A DNA stretch of 64,000 bases from Eledone cirrhosa (lineage: Eukaryota): positions 26,226,001 to 26,290,000 of the forward strand of contig OZ024762.1 of assembly GCA_964016885.1 (NCBI GenBank). The letters run 5' to 3'. Position 1 is the stretch's first letter; each line of letters starts with the position of its first letter. A model generated the notes under the pieces. The model had not been told where the DNA came from. It ran no database searches and saw only the letters and a list, made by a program, of their open reading frames with translations. Shown piece after piece: positions 1 through 13,664 of the stretch. The position numbers were made by a program, and so were the translations under genes.

Positions 1-801
1 GGGATAAACCACTCAAAAAGCCTGGCATGGAGTTCCGACAAGTTTATGACATCACACCTTGAGGGATATCTCTATGCAATACAGGAACAAGAACTCCCTA
101 CCAAATATCTGCTGCACAAAAGAGGAGGGCCAGCAGCTGACAATAAATGTAGGATATGTAAAACAGAGATCGAGGATGTAAGCCACATTGTTGCCAGCTG
201 CGAAAGAATGTCATCTCGCTACTACCTCCCCATGAGACACGATGGGATAGCTAGAACCATCTGGAACGCACTTCGGAAAACAAAATTAACAACAAACGAG
301 GAAGAATATATTGAGACAGATGGCACTAAGGAATACTGGTGGAACCTGAAAATAAAAACTGCCACCAAATTAAAGCACAACCGGCCTGATATTGTAGTTT
401 GGGACCACACATTGAAAACGTGTTCTGTTGTGGAGATCAGCTGCCCACTTGATGTAAACGTTGTCAGAAAAATACAGGAGAAGGAGGACATCTACGGACC
501 ATTGATGAGGAGTTTACAAATCCAGTATCCAAGATACACCTTTAGCTTCATACCCATCATTATTGGTGCTACGGGTTATATACCAACCCGCTTGGACCAA
601 AGTATGACTGAACTTGGATTTGCGGACAAAAAGCGCAGCTCCCTAATTCATAGTCTACAAATGGCTGCGATAGCTGGCACCTTCAAAATTTGCAAAACAT
701 TCTTGCGATTCAAGGGATGACAATTTCTTTTCTTTTACAACCTTGCCACCAGGAAGGTGCCCGGTCAAAAAAATATACTCGAAATTAAGAGAAAGAGAAA
801 A
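1..801 (+). mobile_element. 3' end of R4/Dong-like non-LTR retrotransposon (CCHC knuckle + restriction-like endonuclease, short 3' UTR) ending in a TACA/TA microsatellite
   Basis: ORF 46..720 has CRICxxxxEDVSHIVASC (CCHC) followed by RHD and KHNRPDIVVWD...VEISCP (PD-(D/E)xK REL motif). The 3' UTR is nearly identical to the copy at 32924-33091. Confidence 0.85.
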
Positions 802-941
802 CATACATATATACATATATACATATATATAATCTGTTGAGCCAGTTGCTGGAAAACCACACTTTGTTGAACAATGGTCTAACCAGTTTCAAATTTAATC
901 CATTTATACACACACACACACACACACAGACACACACACAA

Positions 942-982
<41 letters not shown>

Positions 983-1127
983 GTAACACAACAGTTAGTT
1001 CACCATACCTTAGCGGATCTTCAGCTCGTACTGCTACCACTTCCACCTAGGTGTTACTACTCTACCTAACTCGTCCCATGGACTGAGTGCTCTACCACTA
1101 CGGATATTACCTTCCAGTGTTCTACCC

Positions 1128-1173
<46 letters not shown>

Positions 1174-1324
1174 GACCATGGGGCGGTAAAAACCAGTTAG
1201 ACCATTAATCACCTGAGTACTTGATATTTGGGGTAGTAGAATGGGCAATATGAAAAATTCGGTACCCTGAGTTCGGATCTAGCCGTTGAGACGTCAGGAG
1301 CCTATCCGTCGGGGTCCTGAGTTG

Positions 1325-1520
1325 TTAGAGAACTTGATTAGCAATCGTGAGGGTGTCAGTTCGATTCCTGGACCAATCGATGCGTTATGTCCTTGAACAA
1401 GACACTTTATTTCACATTACTTTTTCTACCTGGAGTTGCGACCGATAGATAATATTAGCAATTGGGAAGACCAACACAAACATTGTTTCCTCGGTCCGAT
1501 TTGACGAAAGTGGATCGACT
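1325..1520 (+). mobile_element. tRNA-head SINE with CORE-like domain (second SINE family)
   Basis: B-box-like AGTTCGATTCC followed by TGTCCTTGAACAAGACACTT. Related copies at about 51230-51495(-), 62280-62460(+) and 63360-63830(-). Confidence 0.55.
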
Positions 1521-1532
1521 TCCTTATATATA

Positions 1533-1713
1533 CAGTGAAATTCCGTTATAACGAAAGTCGCGGAGTATAAAAAAATATTTCAATTCGTTGTAACGAAAAG
1601 TTCTTTATAACGAGATCGACCTCACACATCGAGCGTGTGGCTGGGGATTGAAAAAAGTTTCGTTATACAGAAACATTTGTTATAATGGTATTCGTTAAAA
1701 CGGAATTTTACCT
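1533..1713. mobile_element. Tc1/mariner-pogo (Tigger-like) MITE
   Basis: Imperfect TIRs CAGTGAAATTCCGTTATAACGAA / TTCGTTAAAACGGAATTTTACC, internal CGTTATAACG sub-repeats, flanked by TA. Confidence 0.7.
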
Positions 1714-3449
1714 ATATATATACACAGACAGACACAGTAGCATTAGGTTAGCAATTGTAATACAAACACAATAAGTGAAGACGCCAAAGAAAACATATAG
1801 CGATTGCGTCATATATGAACATCAGATTCCCCCTCTTTGTTGCTCCCCTCATTCTCTTTCCCCCTCTCTTACCCACTTACCACTCCCCTCGTCTGTCTGT
1901 CTGACTTGCTTGTTGATTGGCTTGTTGACTTGTTAACTGGTTGACTTGTTCATTGGCTGGCTAACTGTGTAGTATTCTGTCGTATCGACCGTGTATTATC
2001 CTGATACTAAATATAGGTTAGTGTATAAAACTTTCGTCGTATTAGACTATCGTTGCTGATACTAATTAAAACTGTTTCATGTCTGTCGTTAATTAGCATT
2101 TTCGTTTCACTGAAATGGAGCGTAAAGATATCAGCGTTTGCTATGTTAATATACCACACTTCAATAAACATGATATGATATTTTCAATTATGAAATATTT
2201 ATGTTGGATTTTATGTTATACGCTCATAGCTTAGCTTCTGCTACTTCTAGTTTTAATGAATGATTTTAAACATGTTTGTGATGATTATCTCGTTGGTGGG
2301 GTGGAGTATGTGAGTAGGGTGTCGGGTATGAAGTATAGGGGTGGGGTTTGATTTGACACGTGACATTCCAGATGAACGTGATACTTGAAAATCAAAATTA
2401 AAAGATATCTCGTATTTTGTGTACCGTCTATGTTGTATGCATATATGAACTTGTTACTTCTGCTACAATCATTAGAAGCACCGTTATGACATCGGGCTTT
2501 TTTCGGGGGAGGGGTGGTGGTAATATTTTAAAAGATGGCGGTGCCCAGTGCACACCATATCTGAACACAGCTGATGTCATCCATTAGAGAAGGAGAACGA
2601 GATTACGAAAAAGTGGAAATGAGAAAGAGATATAGTATAGAGGAATTTTCAATTCCAGTCCTGGATTCGTTCTTTATGACCCCCGAAATGATGCAAGACA
2701 GAGTTGACTCCGGCGGGATTTGAACTCAAAGCCCAAATAGTCTGAACCCACATGCAGACCATTCTGTCCGTCCGTCTATGTTAATATATGATTATTTTGT
2801 TTCTGCGGGCTGGTCTAAACTATCGACGTTCATAACGCTCTTTGCCTTGAGTTCAATCTCAATGCACAGACCCTTAGGAATATTTTGTTTTTATAATTTA
2901 CTCTACACATTAATAAAGCTATTCTTGTCTGTATATCATTACCAACACAAACAATAAAACACATCTGTTCTTCCTCCACGTCAATAAACTACCTTCAATT
3001 GTTCTTCTGGCGGGGGAAGAGAGCTGACACTTTGAAAGGCGCTCTATATAGAGTAATGCTTATTCTACCAGATAAAATTTTATGAAACTCTACGGGCCTT
3101 CCCACAAACACGTTTAAATAACGTTAAAGACAATAACTTCACTCATTCAGTTCCGATTACGAGGGAAATGTGAAGAATATAGGCGAGCCAACGTATCTAA
3201 GAAACTTGGAATATTTTGCATTGGAGTAATTGATGACACACACAGACACGAATAAATACACACTCACGCACTCAAATATATATAGAGAGATACATTGTGT
3301 GCCTGTGTGTGTGTTGGTATAGAGTGTATATATGTACATGTACATGAACAGTTCTCTCGTTGTTTTCAAACTAGACGTAATATAATTTGTCCCTTGGTAA
3401 GAAACAGAATGCAAAGTTAATACTTCAAAATAAACTAAGAATGTTAGGC

Positions 3450-3662
3450 AAAGTAACAACAATAACAACAACGACAATAGCAACAACAACAACAACGACG
3501 ACTACGATGACGCTGACAATAACAATAACAACAGCAAAGGCAACTACCATAGAAGACACTAGAGCAGCGAAAACAACAACTGTTAAAATAACAGCTTCCA
3601 TAAAAACCGCAGTAGTAGTTGTAGTAGTGGTGGTAGTAGTAGTATTAGTAGTAGTAGTGGTT

Positions 3663-3713
<51 letters not shown>

Positions 3714-3970
3714 TGGGGTGAGTAGTAGTCGTTGTCGTAGTAGTAGTAGTAGCAGTAATAGTAGTAATGATTCTAGTCGTTCGACTAATAGGTGAAATGA
3801 GATATATTTATTTCAAATACCAATTTACATAATTGACAGAAAAAGTGCAACTAACAATAACAACAACAACAACATCATCAATAACAACAAAGACAACAAC
3901 AACAACAAGAGCAACAGTAAGAGAAATAAGATTACTAAAATAGTAATATAACCGACAACAACAAGAAGAG
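3450..3970. repeat. (AAC)n / (TAG)n trinucleotide microsatellites
   Basis: Seen directly; explains the poly-T/V/L ORFs. Confidence 0.9.
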
Positions 3971-4181
3971 AGGTAGTAGAATCAACACAAGCAATCAACA
4001 GTTGGAGACAAAGTTAAAAACATCCACACACAGACGCGTGTATACTTACATATTATACATATGTATGTCTGTGTGTGTGTGTTTGTGTATGTCTGTGTGT
4101 GTCTGTGTGTACATATGTGCATTTATCGATTAATGTGTATACATATATATATATATATGTATATATATATGTATGTATATA

Positions 4182-4256
<75 letters not shown>

Positions 4257-4478
4257 GTGTATATATATATATATATATATGTGAGTATATATATGTATGT
4301 AAGTATATACATATATATATGTATATATATATGTGAATATATATATGTATGTATATATATGTGTATATATATAGGTATGTATATACATACATATGTATAT
4401 ACATATATAAACATATATGTATATATATGTGTATATATATATGTATGTATATACATATATATCTATATACATATATAA

Positions 4479-4680
4479 ATAGCGGCGATGAATTAGTTTT
4501 GCGAGGTTTTTGATATGAAATCGTGCGTCGAAACAAATATTGTTATACTTGGGGAGGGTCATATTTGTGTAATATTGCCAGAATTAATAACAGAACAATT
4601 AATAACAACCAACAGTGAGTGTGTTCTGTTATTAATTCTGGCAATATTACACAAATATGACCCTCTCCAAGTATAACAAC

Positions 4681-4681
<1 letters not shown>
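4479..4681 (-). mobile_element. Minimal fold-back remnant of Penelope subfamily B (3' tail + pLTR end + inverted pLTR end)
   Basis: TGTTATACTTGGGGAGGGTCATATTTGTG... (4551-) and its reverse complement (to 4680) match the end of the PLE at 37650. The tail matches 28310-28350 and 41606-41620. Confidence 0.75.
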
Positions 4682-4759
<78 letters not shown>

Positions 4760-4761
4760 TA

Positions 4762-4911
4762 TTTCGTTTCTGAATTTGTTTCGCAAGATTCTTTATCTGC
4801 AATCGTGTGTTGAAACCGATATTATTATACTTTGGAAGGGTCATGTTGCCAATAAGAAACACACGTGTGTGATTCTTATTGGCAACATGACCCTCCCAAA
4901 GTATAACAATA
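4762..4911 (-). mobile_element. Minimal fold-back remnant of Penelope subfamily A
   Basis: Reverse complement of 19007-19108, followed by an inverted copy of the pLTR end; flanked by (TA)n. Confidence 0.8.
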
Positions 4912-5668
4912 TACATATATATTTATATATGTATATACATATACATGTATTTACATACATATATATATATATATGTATGTAATATTCCCATTCTACAAAT
5001 TACACAGCCCAAGTGAAATCAAGAGAAAAATCAAAGAAAATAATTTTATTGATAAATTCAAACCCAAGCTAAATGAACAATAATAACGCCTAGGGGTATT
5101 ACTTCTACTACCACTATAACCACGACTACTAACAACAGCAACAACAACAATAATAATAATAATAAAAGTGATGTCGATGGTGATGATTAATAGAAAATGC
5201 TATTTTCATCATTTCAAAAAGCAAAACAATTGATACGTTGGATATGACTATTGGTCGTTAGCATGCTCAACCAGCCGTGACGCTTAAACCAACCAGCTGT
5301 AGTAATTCAGTGAAACTACACACTGATTGGTCGAAATACAGTTTACAGGGCTTTGCATTCTGGAGCCACTTTTCTCTGTATAAAATGTATAAAAGGTAGG
5401 AAATTTACCCATCTCATTACAGTTGAAAATTGCAAACTCGACTGTCACCACATATCATGAACCTGGAGATAGCGAAAGCATGAAAGTACTTGTTCAATTA
5501 ACACTTAGAATTTAATATTCTATCATACTATTTCATTATAATACCATTATATATATTTTAAAGGATTGTAAATAAAACGAGTAAATCAGACAAAGTTGGA
5601 ATTCCTCTTATTAATATAATCTTCTATACACAATCATACACACCCGTGTATATTTACCTATCTATATC

Positions 5669-5835
<167 letters not shown>

Positions 5836-5852
5836 ATATATATATATATGTA

Positions 5853-5906
<54 letters not shown>

Positions 5907-5950
5907 CATATATATATACATATATATATATACATATATATATACATATG

Positions 5951-6029
<79 letters not shown>

Positions 6030-6032
<3 letters not shown>

Positions 6033-6439
6033 GAGGTTATATTTAATTTGTTGGGATTCAAAAAGCTTAAAAATGTTTACAACTGATATGAAGCACTCAA
6101 CAGCTAGTGGAGTAAATATACAATATATTAACAAATGGAAACTATATTTATAAAACCATATTTATTTTATTATACATATTTCAAGGGCCACCAAGACAAA
6201 TTATGGTGCGCTTTCATCAGATAAAATACAATACAGAATTAGTTTTATAAATAAATATTGACATACCCTGAAAAAAGACAACCTTAACGGTTGGAGCTTC
6301 CTGGATAGCTATACAGGAAGCTCCAATCGTTAAGGTTGCCTGATGACGACGTACTGACAAAAACAACACTACCTCTGAAATATATATAATAAAGTATATA
6401 TTTTGATTATGAGAATATTTTTCATTTGTTAATATTTTG

Positions 6440-6445
<6 letters not shown>
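6030..6445 (-). mobile_element. Non-autonomous hammerhead-bearing fold-back element (family H1)
   Basis: Homologous to 19141-19316 and 24951-25299; internal inverted repeat 6279-6338; (TA)n on both sides. Confidence 0.7.
6163..6228 (-). ncRNA. Type I hammerhead ribozyme (H1)
   Basis: Minus strand reads UAUUUUAU-CUGAUGA-AAGcGCACCA...UGGUgGCcCUU-GAAA-UAUGUAU-A-AUAAAAUA, with a perfect 8-bp stem I. Confidence 0.75.
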
Positions 6446-6503
<58 letters not shown>

Positions 6504-6978
6504 AGGGAGAAAGATGCGATTATTAGGAAGGAAAATATATTTTTTCCTTTTTAGTTTCTCTCTCTCTTTTTTCTGGGTTAGAAAATGATTAAAACGAAAT
6601 GTTTTACTTTGTGTGAAGTGTTATTAGTTGATTTATTTATTATTTAATAATGACATTTATATATCTCTTTATATATTTAATTATCGTCTATTACCGGTTT
6701 CAGCATTTATATGCCATATCAAATGATAGTGAAATGTATTTGTGTGGTGTTACACATGTTAAACAGAATGTGCAGAAAGAATAATCTTATTTACAAACAA
6801 GGTTTATGAAGTGAAAAGAAAAAAGAAAAAGGAAAAAAAACGTAGGGTATAATGTGGGGCTGTAACGGAAATAAAAGACCATGTGACCTCTGCGCCACTG
6901 AGGCCCTGGAAATACTCTATTAGCTATCGTCAGCACCGTATACCTTTCAGACGTTCAATCATCTAGCAGGAAGGAATA

Positions 6979-7019
6979 CGGTGCTGACGATAGCTAATAA
7001 GCTTGAAACTAGTACATCG
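6979..7019 (+). ncRNA. Minimal type I hammerhead ribozyme (family H2)
   Basis: CGGUG-CUGACGA-UAGCUAAUAAGCUU-GAAACUAGUA-CAUCG; palindromic stem III ACUAGU and a GUA site. A partial inverted copy lies at 6918-6946. Confidence 0.7.
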
Positions 7020-7407
7020 TTCCTTTGTCAGTGTTGAACAAATGGGCAACGATGGTTGCTAAATATTGTACGGCTTAATTCGGGATGTTTGTTTTACAAA
7101 CAAACCGAGCAATATAATAAATGTTCGGTAAATCCATACTTACATATATATATTTGTGCATGTATGTATATATATACATACTACTGTACGTCTGTATACA
7201 TATATGTATGTACGTATACATACTTATATTTAAGTAACAGCCGTACTAAGAGTGAGAAATGAAATTTCGTTTCACTTTTTCCGTTTATCGTTTTCGCTGT
7301 GCCCGGCCGATTAACTCACTTGATATGCAAATTAGGCTGCTCAGCCGTTCATATGCATAAGGAAAGTATATACTTTCAGACGTTCAATCCTCTGGCAGGA
7401 AGGTATA

Positions 7408-7448
7408 CGTTGCTGACAATAGCTAATAAGCTTGAAACTAGTACAGCG
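7408..7448 (+). ncRNA. H2 hammerhead, tandem copy with G8A core mutation
   Basis: CGUUG-CUGACAA-...-GAAACUAGUA-CAGCG, inside a direct repeat (6940-7232 vs 7370-7660). Confidence 0.6.
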
Positions 7449-7800
7449 TTCCTTTGTCAGTGTTGAACAAAAGGGAAACGATGGTTGCTAGACACTGTAC
7501 GGCTTAATACAGGATGTTTATTTACAAACACACTGAGCATTATAATAAATGTTCGGTAAATCCATACGTACATATATATATGTGTGCATGTATGTATATA
7601 TATATACATACTACTGTACGTCTGTATACATATATGTATGTACGTATACATACTTATATATATATATAAGTATATATATATATTTATACATATATATATA
7701 ATATATATATTTATACATATATATATAATATATATATATATATATACATAATATAATGTATATATACAACATATATATACATAATATTATTTATATATAT

Positions 7801-7992
7801 AAAGGACGGTGGATTGGCAGTATCGGTAGAGGGTCGGACACCATGCTTTCCAGCATAGTTACGTCCCTTTACCACCTGAGTTCAAATCCCGCCGAGGTTA
7901 ACTTTGCCTTTCATCCTTACGAGGTCGATAAAATAAAGTACCAGTAATGCATTGGGTAATTGCTGGCCTTGTGCCCAAAGTAAAAACAATTA
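7801..7992 (+). mobile_element. tRNA-derived octopod-type SINE (major family)
   Basis: A-box-like TGGCAGTATCGG, B-box GAGTTCAAATCCC, tail GTCGATAAAATAAAGTACCAGT; many copies in the window. Confidence 0.8.
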
Positions 7993-8056
7993 TATATATA
8001 TATATATATAAATATATATATACACAAAATAATATATATATATATAAATATATAGG

Positions 8057-8711
8057 TGTAGCGACGTGGTTATTCAGTTTGGTCACTACTTCTGATCAGA
8101 TCGGAGAACAGCCGCTTGTGTGGTTGGTATCTCGGCCTCTGTCGCTGGTTGTGACATGTCCATGTTGGTATCTTCTTAGGATCCTGTCAGGTGCGTGTTC
8201 GAATCACGTCGGGGTCACCAATTGTAGCGACGTGTTTAGTCAGTGTGGTCACTACTTCTGATCAGATCCGAGAATAGCCCTTAAAAGGACTGTTATCGCA
8301 TACGGTCTGATCGGATATGAGGATAGCCCTTAAAAGGACTGTTGTCTCATACAGGGTAAGGATGAAGAGAAGAAAGCACAAGTTGAAAGGACGAGCAAGG
8401 CGAGAGATGTAGTTTCGGTCAGCTATTTATTTTCATACATGAATCGAAGATACAGAGGTACAAGGCGTGTGAGAGTGACAAGCGTGGCAGAGGTGAGGAA
8501 CAAGGATACGCGAGCTGACTCTTCCAAAGGTTAACTGGTGAAAGTGTTTGGAATCACTCTGTTTATACAAAAATAATCGTTTGATGTTTAGCCGCTACGT
8601 AGGCGTTTTATTTTGGTAGCTTTAAGGGTTGTTTGTTTCATGGTAAGGTAGCTAGTTAAGCAGATAGATGGAGCTGTTTATTTCACAGATGTTATTTCCG
8701 GTGGCTGTACA
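8057..8711 (-). mobile_element. Internally deleted LTR retrotransposon: LTR (8223 to about 8711), tRNA-Trp PBS, about 80 bp internal sequence, end of second LTR (8057-8113)
   Basis: TGTAGCGACGTG...GGTCACTACTTCTGATCAGATC is repeated at 8057 and 8223. 8193-8220 GCGTGTTCGAATCACGTCGGGGTCACCA matches the tRNA-Trp 3' end, 2 nt from the LTR. AATAAA on the minus strand at about 8426-8431. The right LTR boundary is uncertain. Confidence 0.75.
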
Positions 8712-8749
8712 TATATATATATATATATGCATAAAATAATATATATATA

Positions 8750-8789
<40 letters not shown>

Positions 8790-8819
8790 TGTGTATATAT
8801 ACATAACATATATATAAAT

Positions 8820-9010
8820 AATTGTTTCTACTTTAGGCACAAGGCCACCAATTACCCAGTGCATTACTGGTACTTTATATTATCGACCCCGTAAGGATGA
8901 AAGGCAAAGTCAACCTCGGCGGGACTTGAACTCAGATCGTAAAGGGACGTAACTATGCTGGAAAGCATGGCGTCCGACCCTCTACTGATACTGCCAATCC
9001 ACCACCCTTA
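8820..9010 (-). mobile_element. Major SINE copy
   Basis: Reverse complement of 7801-7992. Confidence 0.8.
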
Positions 9011-9097
9011 TATATATACATAATATAATATATATATAATATAACATATATATATATATATAATATATGATACTTATATATATATATATATATAAAT

Positions 9098-9292
9098 ATA
9101 GGAGAGTGTATGACCCCGACGGCAGAGCTCAAGCCGTTTCGATGGCTATTTCAGTTCAGAAATAGCCGTCGAAACGGTTGAGCTCTGCCGTCGGGGTCAT
9201 ACTCTCTCCTATTATCCACTCTACTACTACCCTAAGTATTGAGTACTCTGGTGCGTTATGGTCCATCTGGTTCCTTACCACAACTCCTCCGT

Positions 9293-9295
<3 letters not shown>
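9098..9295 (+). mobile_element. Fold-back element with 3' tail (family F-G)
   Basis: Near-perfect palindrome 9098-9212 plus a tail shared with 30700-30790 and 14660-14722(-); lies in (TA)n. Confidence 0.65.
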
Positions 9296-9347
<52 letters not shown>

Positions 9348-9349
<2 letters not shown>

Positions 9350-11000
9350 TAGCAGTAAAGCCCGGCGTTGCTCGGGGCTGCTCAGTAGCTGTGATAAAGT
9401 TACAATGTTAAGTTCCTTTCTTGGCTTAAAAACTATAGAGTCTACAGTGTAGACTTTTATGTGGTACTTTTGATTAATATTACCTCAACCAACAGTATGC
9501 CTTATGAAGTTAAGAAAACATAACCATAACTCGAAAACAAAAGAGGATGCTGGGGATAAAACTGCACTGGTAATCTATAACAAAAATCGAAAATATAAAC
9601 ACTGCAACACTTGTCTCAGAGAAAAACATCAGCGTAACCAAACTATCAGTCATTTTGAAACAAAGAAATTAGATGGACATGAAAAACAAAACAAAAATGC
9701 AATTTTATTGCCTATCGCCTCTCTCCACGACTGTCTGTCCGCACAACTTTATCGCCAATATAACCACTTTGCGCGACTGTCTGTCTGCATGCCTCCATCA
9801 TCTATCAGCCCGACTGTCTGTCTGCACAACTTTATCGCCTATATCACCTCTCTGCACGACTGTCTGTCTGCACAACTTTATCGTCTATAGTAGTTAAGCC
9901 CGGCGTTGCTCGGGGCTGCACAGTCGCTGTGTTAAAGTTACAATGTTAAGTTCCTTTCTTGGCTTAAAAACTGTAGAGTCTACAGTGTAGACTTTTATGT
10001 GGTAACTAAATGAAAATCTCATAAGGCTTTATTCGAGATTATATATATAGATCAATGCTTTTTTTACTAAATATTTGCCTGTTTTACGGTGTATTCAAAT
10101 AGGTTTGTTTTCAAGTAAAAATATTGTTTTAAAAGAGTTTTAATGGAAATGAAGCAAAATGGAAGATTCATGTTGAAACTTCGAACTCATGAATTATGCA
10201 GGTTAAAATTTTTACTGGCCCGAAAACTGTTCGTGGATTTTTTGTATTTTTGCACGCGTAGTTTGTTCGTAATGTAAATTAGATAAACAAATGACGCCAT
10301 AAAATGGAAATAACTCGTCTCTCATATCTATTTATACATTTGAACTGAAAAATCATTACATTACAAATTCGATTTTTGCACTTGGCGTGGGTCGATTTGA
10401 AAGTTTTTTTTTACCGATGTCTCCGCCGGCCCTTCATCTATAAGTGTAGAAATTTCACCGAAATTTGAACGTACGGTTTAGGAGGAGATGTGTGCCGACC
10501 GTTTTAGTAGTCACACAGACATACAGACAACCTCAGTTTTATATATATACTAGCAGAGGTACCCGGCGTTGCTCGGGTATTAAATACCAGTTATGTATAC
10601 CATTTATGTCAATACTTCAGTGCTGCATCGAAAACTATACTTTTACAAAATCCTTGGCTTTTTCCAAAAGGGGGTTCCTGCCCCCAGGGTCCGCTACTCA
10701 ATATGTGCCAATTTTGAGAGTTCACATTCATCTGTAGAACAAACGTAGCCCATGTGTCAAGGTTTGTGAAAATCGGTTGCGAACTCCAGAAGTTATGACG
10801 TTTTGTTGCATTGCACTGCAGTGCTTCAGTCGACTCCAAGGAAGTGGTTAAAGTGGTTAAAGGGGGTTATCTGCCGGGAGGCTCTATAATCAATATCTGG
10901 AAAAATGAAAGTGCCCATGACCGTCCGGAGTACATAAGTAACCTATGTCTTAAGTTTGGTGAAAATACTGTAGAAATGCATAAGGTTTACAGTTATACAC
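9348..11000 (+). mobile_element. Cluster of Helentron/HINE (DINE-1-like) non-autonomous elements
   Basis: Repeated starts ACTAGCAG...CCCGGCGTTGCTCGGG hairpin (9348, about 9895, 10548) and ends with (GACA)n-CCTCAGTTTTATA (about 10515-10545). Confidence 0.6.
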
Positions 11001-11634
11001 GCGCGCGTGCGCGCGCGCGTGTGTGTGTGCGTGTGTATTTGTGTGTGCATATGTATATATATGTGTATGTCCGTCGACGCATACGTATGTACTGGCCTAA
11101 ATCTTCACTATTTACTTTTACTATTTTAAGGCAAAGTTAAAATCCCATCGAGACTAACTTTGCTTTCATCCTTACGGGGTCGATAAAATAAAGTACCAGT
11201 AATGTACTTGTTTATTGCTGGCCTCGTGCCAAAAGTAGAAATAACTATTTTAATAATCTCTGTCATTTTGGTTTACAATTTTATTTACATCATTCTTAAA
11301 CTCCGGGGCTGGAAATCATTCGGTTATTTTAAATAGAATATTAGTCTAACGACTCCGTTTATACCATAAACTTGGTCTCGTCTTTGCATGAAATTGTTCT
11401 TCTCGGCCACATAACGACGTATTATCCTTGCTTTTTTCAGTTCATTACCAGGGAATGTCTTCACGAACCAAAATATCATCTTCCTGTTTTCCTTCGGTTG
11501 CAACGTTTCTCGAAATATTTCATTCTGCGTTCACAGATTAAATCTTTTAGTTTCAGAAGATCCCGTTAATGTTGAAAGCAGCGATGCTTTGCTTAAACTT
11601 TCTTTCTTTATGACCCCCTCTCCCTTTTTTCTCA

Positions 11635-11698
<64 letters not shown>

Positions 11699-11764
11699 CC
11701 CCCTCTCTTTCTCTTCTTCTACAGAATGGAGAACAATAAAGAACCCGCAGATCTCTCTCTCTCT

Positions 11765-11848
<84 letters not shown>

Positions 11849-11905
11849 CTTTATATATATGTGTTTGTATGTGTGTGTGTATGTGTGAACCAGCGTTCGT
11901 CGCCA

Positions 11906-11959
<54 letters not shown>

Positions 11960-12061
11960 ATCTGATTATCTTGTACATCTCTCTGTATAACCACCTATCT
12001 CACTCTCTCTCTCTACATCTCCCTTTCTCTCTTTAGATATATATGTATATGTGTGTGTGTG

Positions 12062-12097
<36 letters not shown>

Positions 12098-12109
12098 TTG
12101 CAACATGTA

Positions 12110-12486
12110 TGTAATTTCATAGATTTTTGAGGGTAGTGAGAATGAAAATATAAACAGACCAAATTTACAGCAAAATATAAACAGAGCAAATTTACAGCAA
12201 AATATAAACAGAGCAAATTTACTGCAAATTTACAGTAGAATAACAACAAATATATTTTAAATAAATACATAAATAACATTACAAATACCTCGGTAACACT
12301 ACAAAGGATGATACAATGAAAGATATATTCCTTCAAAGCTACAATATTAAAGAAAATGTAAAGGAAGGGGTGAACAACGGAGCCAACAGCGTTACGAGTA
12401 CTGGGCAACCTCTCTAATGATTTTTGAGGCAAGCCAGCACACTCGGAGCGTTGCCTCGGGTAATGGCGAGGCTGATGCGCTGAAAT
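12110..12486 (-). mobile_element. 3' fragment of CRE-like REL retrotransposon with about 27-bp tandem repeats downstream
   Basis: Translation FQRISLAITRGNAPSVLACL* matches the QRxSxAxxRGNA C-terminal motif. It abuts a truncated HINE copy at about 12483. Confidence 0.55.
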
Positions 12487-13412
12487 ATTGTTTTAAAATA
12501 CTTTTTAATCGAAATGAAGCAAAATGGAAGCTTAATGGTGAAACTTCGAACTCGTGAATTTTGCAGGTTAAAATTTTGCTGGCCCGAAAACTGTTCGCGT
12601 ATTTTTGTACGTGTAGTTTGTTCGTAACGTAAATAGATAAACAAATGACGCCATAAAAGGGAAATAATTCGTCTCTCATCTCTATTTATACATTTGAACT
12701 GAAAAATCAATACATTACAAATTCGATTTTTTCACTTGGCGTGGGTCGATTTGAAAGATATTTTGACCGATGTCTCCGCCGGCCCTTCATCTATAAGTGT
12801 AGCAATTTCACCGAAATTTGAACGTACGGTTTAAGAGGAGATGTGTGCCGACGGTTTTAGTAGACAGACAGACAACCTCAGTTTAATAAATATACTAGCA
12901 GTAAAGCCCGGCGTTGCTCGGGGTTGCTCAGTAGCTGTGTTAAAGTTACAATGTTAAGTTTCTTTTTTGGCTTAAAAACTGTAGTGTCTACTGTGCAGAC
13001 TTGCATGTGGTGTTTTTGATTAATATTCCCTCAACCAACAATATGCCTTATGAAGTTAAGAAAACATAACGATAACCCGAATGTTATAACAAAAGAGGAT
13101 GCTGGGGATAAAAACTGCACTGGTTATTTATTAACAAAGATCGAAAATGTAAACACTGCAACGCAGAGAAAAACAACGTAAGACGCTCAATGTAAACAGA
13201 ACAAAGGGAAATAACTCGTCACTCACGCTCAAAAATCGATACATTAGATTCGATTTCGTCACATAGGGTGGGTCAATTTGAAATATTTTTTTCCGATGTC
13301 TTCGCTAGGGCTCAATGTACAAGTATAGCAATTTCGGTGCAATTCCGTCAGAGATTCTAAGAGGAGATGTGTGCCAAAAATCGATAGACAGACAGACAAC
13401 CACAGCTTTATA
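12483..13412 (+). mobile_element. Two Helentron/HINE-like copies in tandem
   Basis: 12483-12890 resembles 10119-10545; the copy starting at 12895 resembles the one starting at 9348; both have GACA-repeat ends. Confidence 0.6.
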
Positions 13413-13622
13413 TATATATTCTTACTTGACATATATATATATATATATATATATATGTCAAGTAAGAATATTTTCGAAACAGCGGGTGGGTTTGAAATTA
13501 TTAGAAATGTAAGCTATCGCCGTATTTTGACTAAATAAATTAAAGAAATTATTTAGCCTGATAGTGGGGTTAAGAACCCTCGGGGAAATGGAAAAAGATG
13601 AGTATTGACGTACATGGGACCT

Positions 13623-13664
13623 AGGCAATTCGTTCGGAGCAAATTTGCTCCGAACGAATTGCCT
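13623..13664. repeat. Perfect 42-bp palindrome
   Basis: AGGCAATTCGTTCGGAGCAAA|TTTGCTCCGAACGAATTGCCT. Confidence 0.9.

Noticed and set aside
8193-8220. tRNA-Trp gene
   Set aside because: Only the 3' 28 nt with encoded CCA next to an LTR, so it is a PBS.
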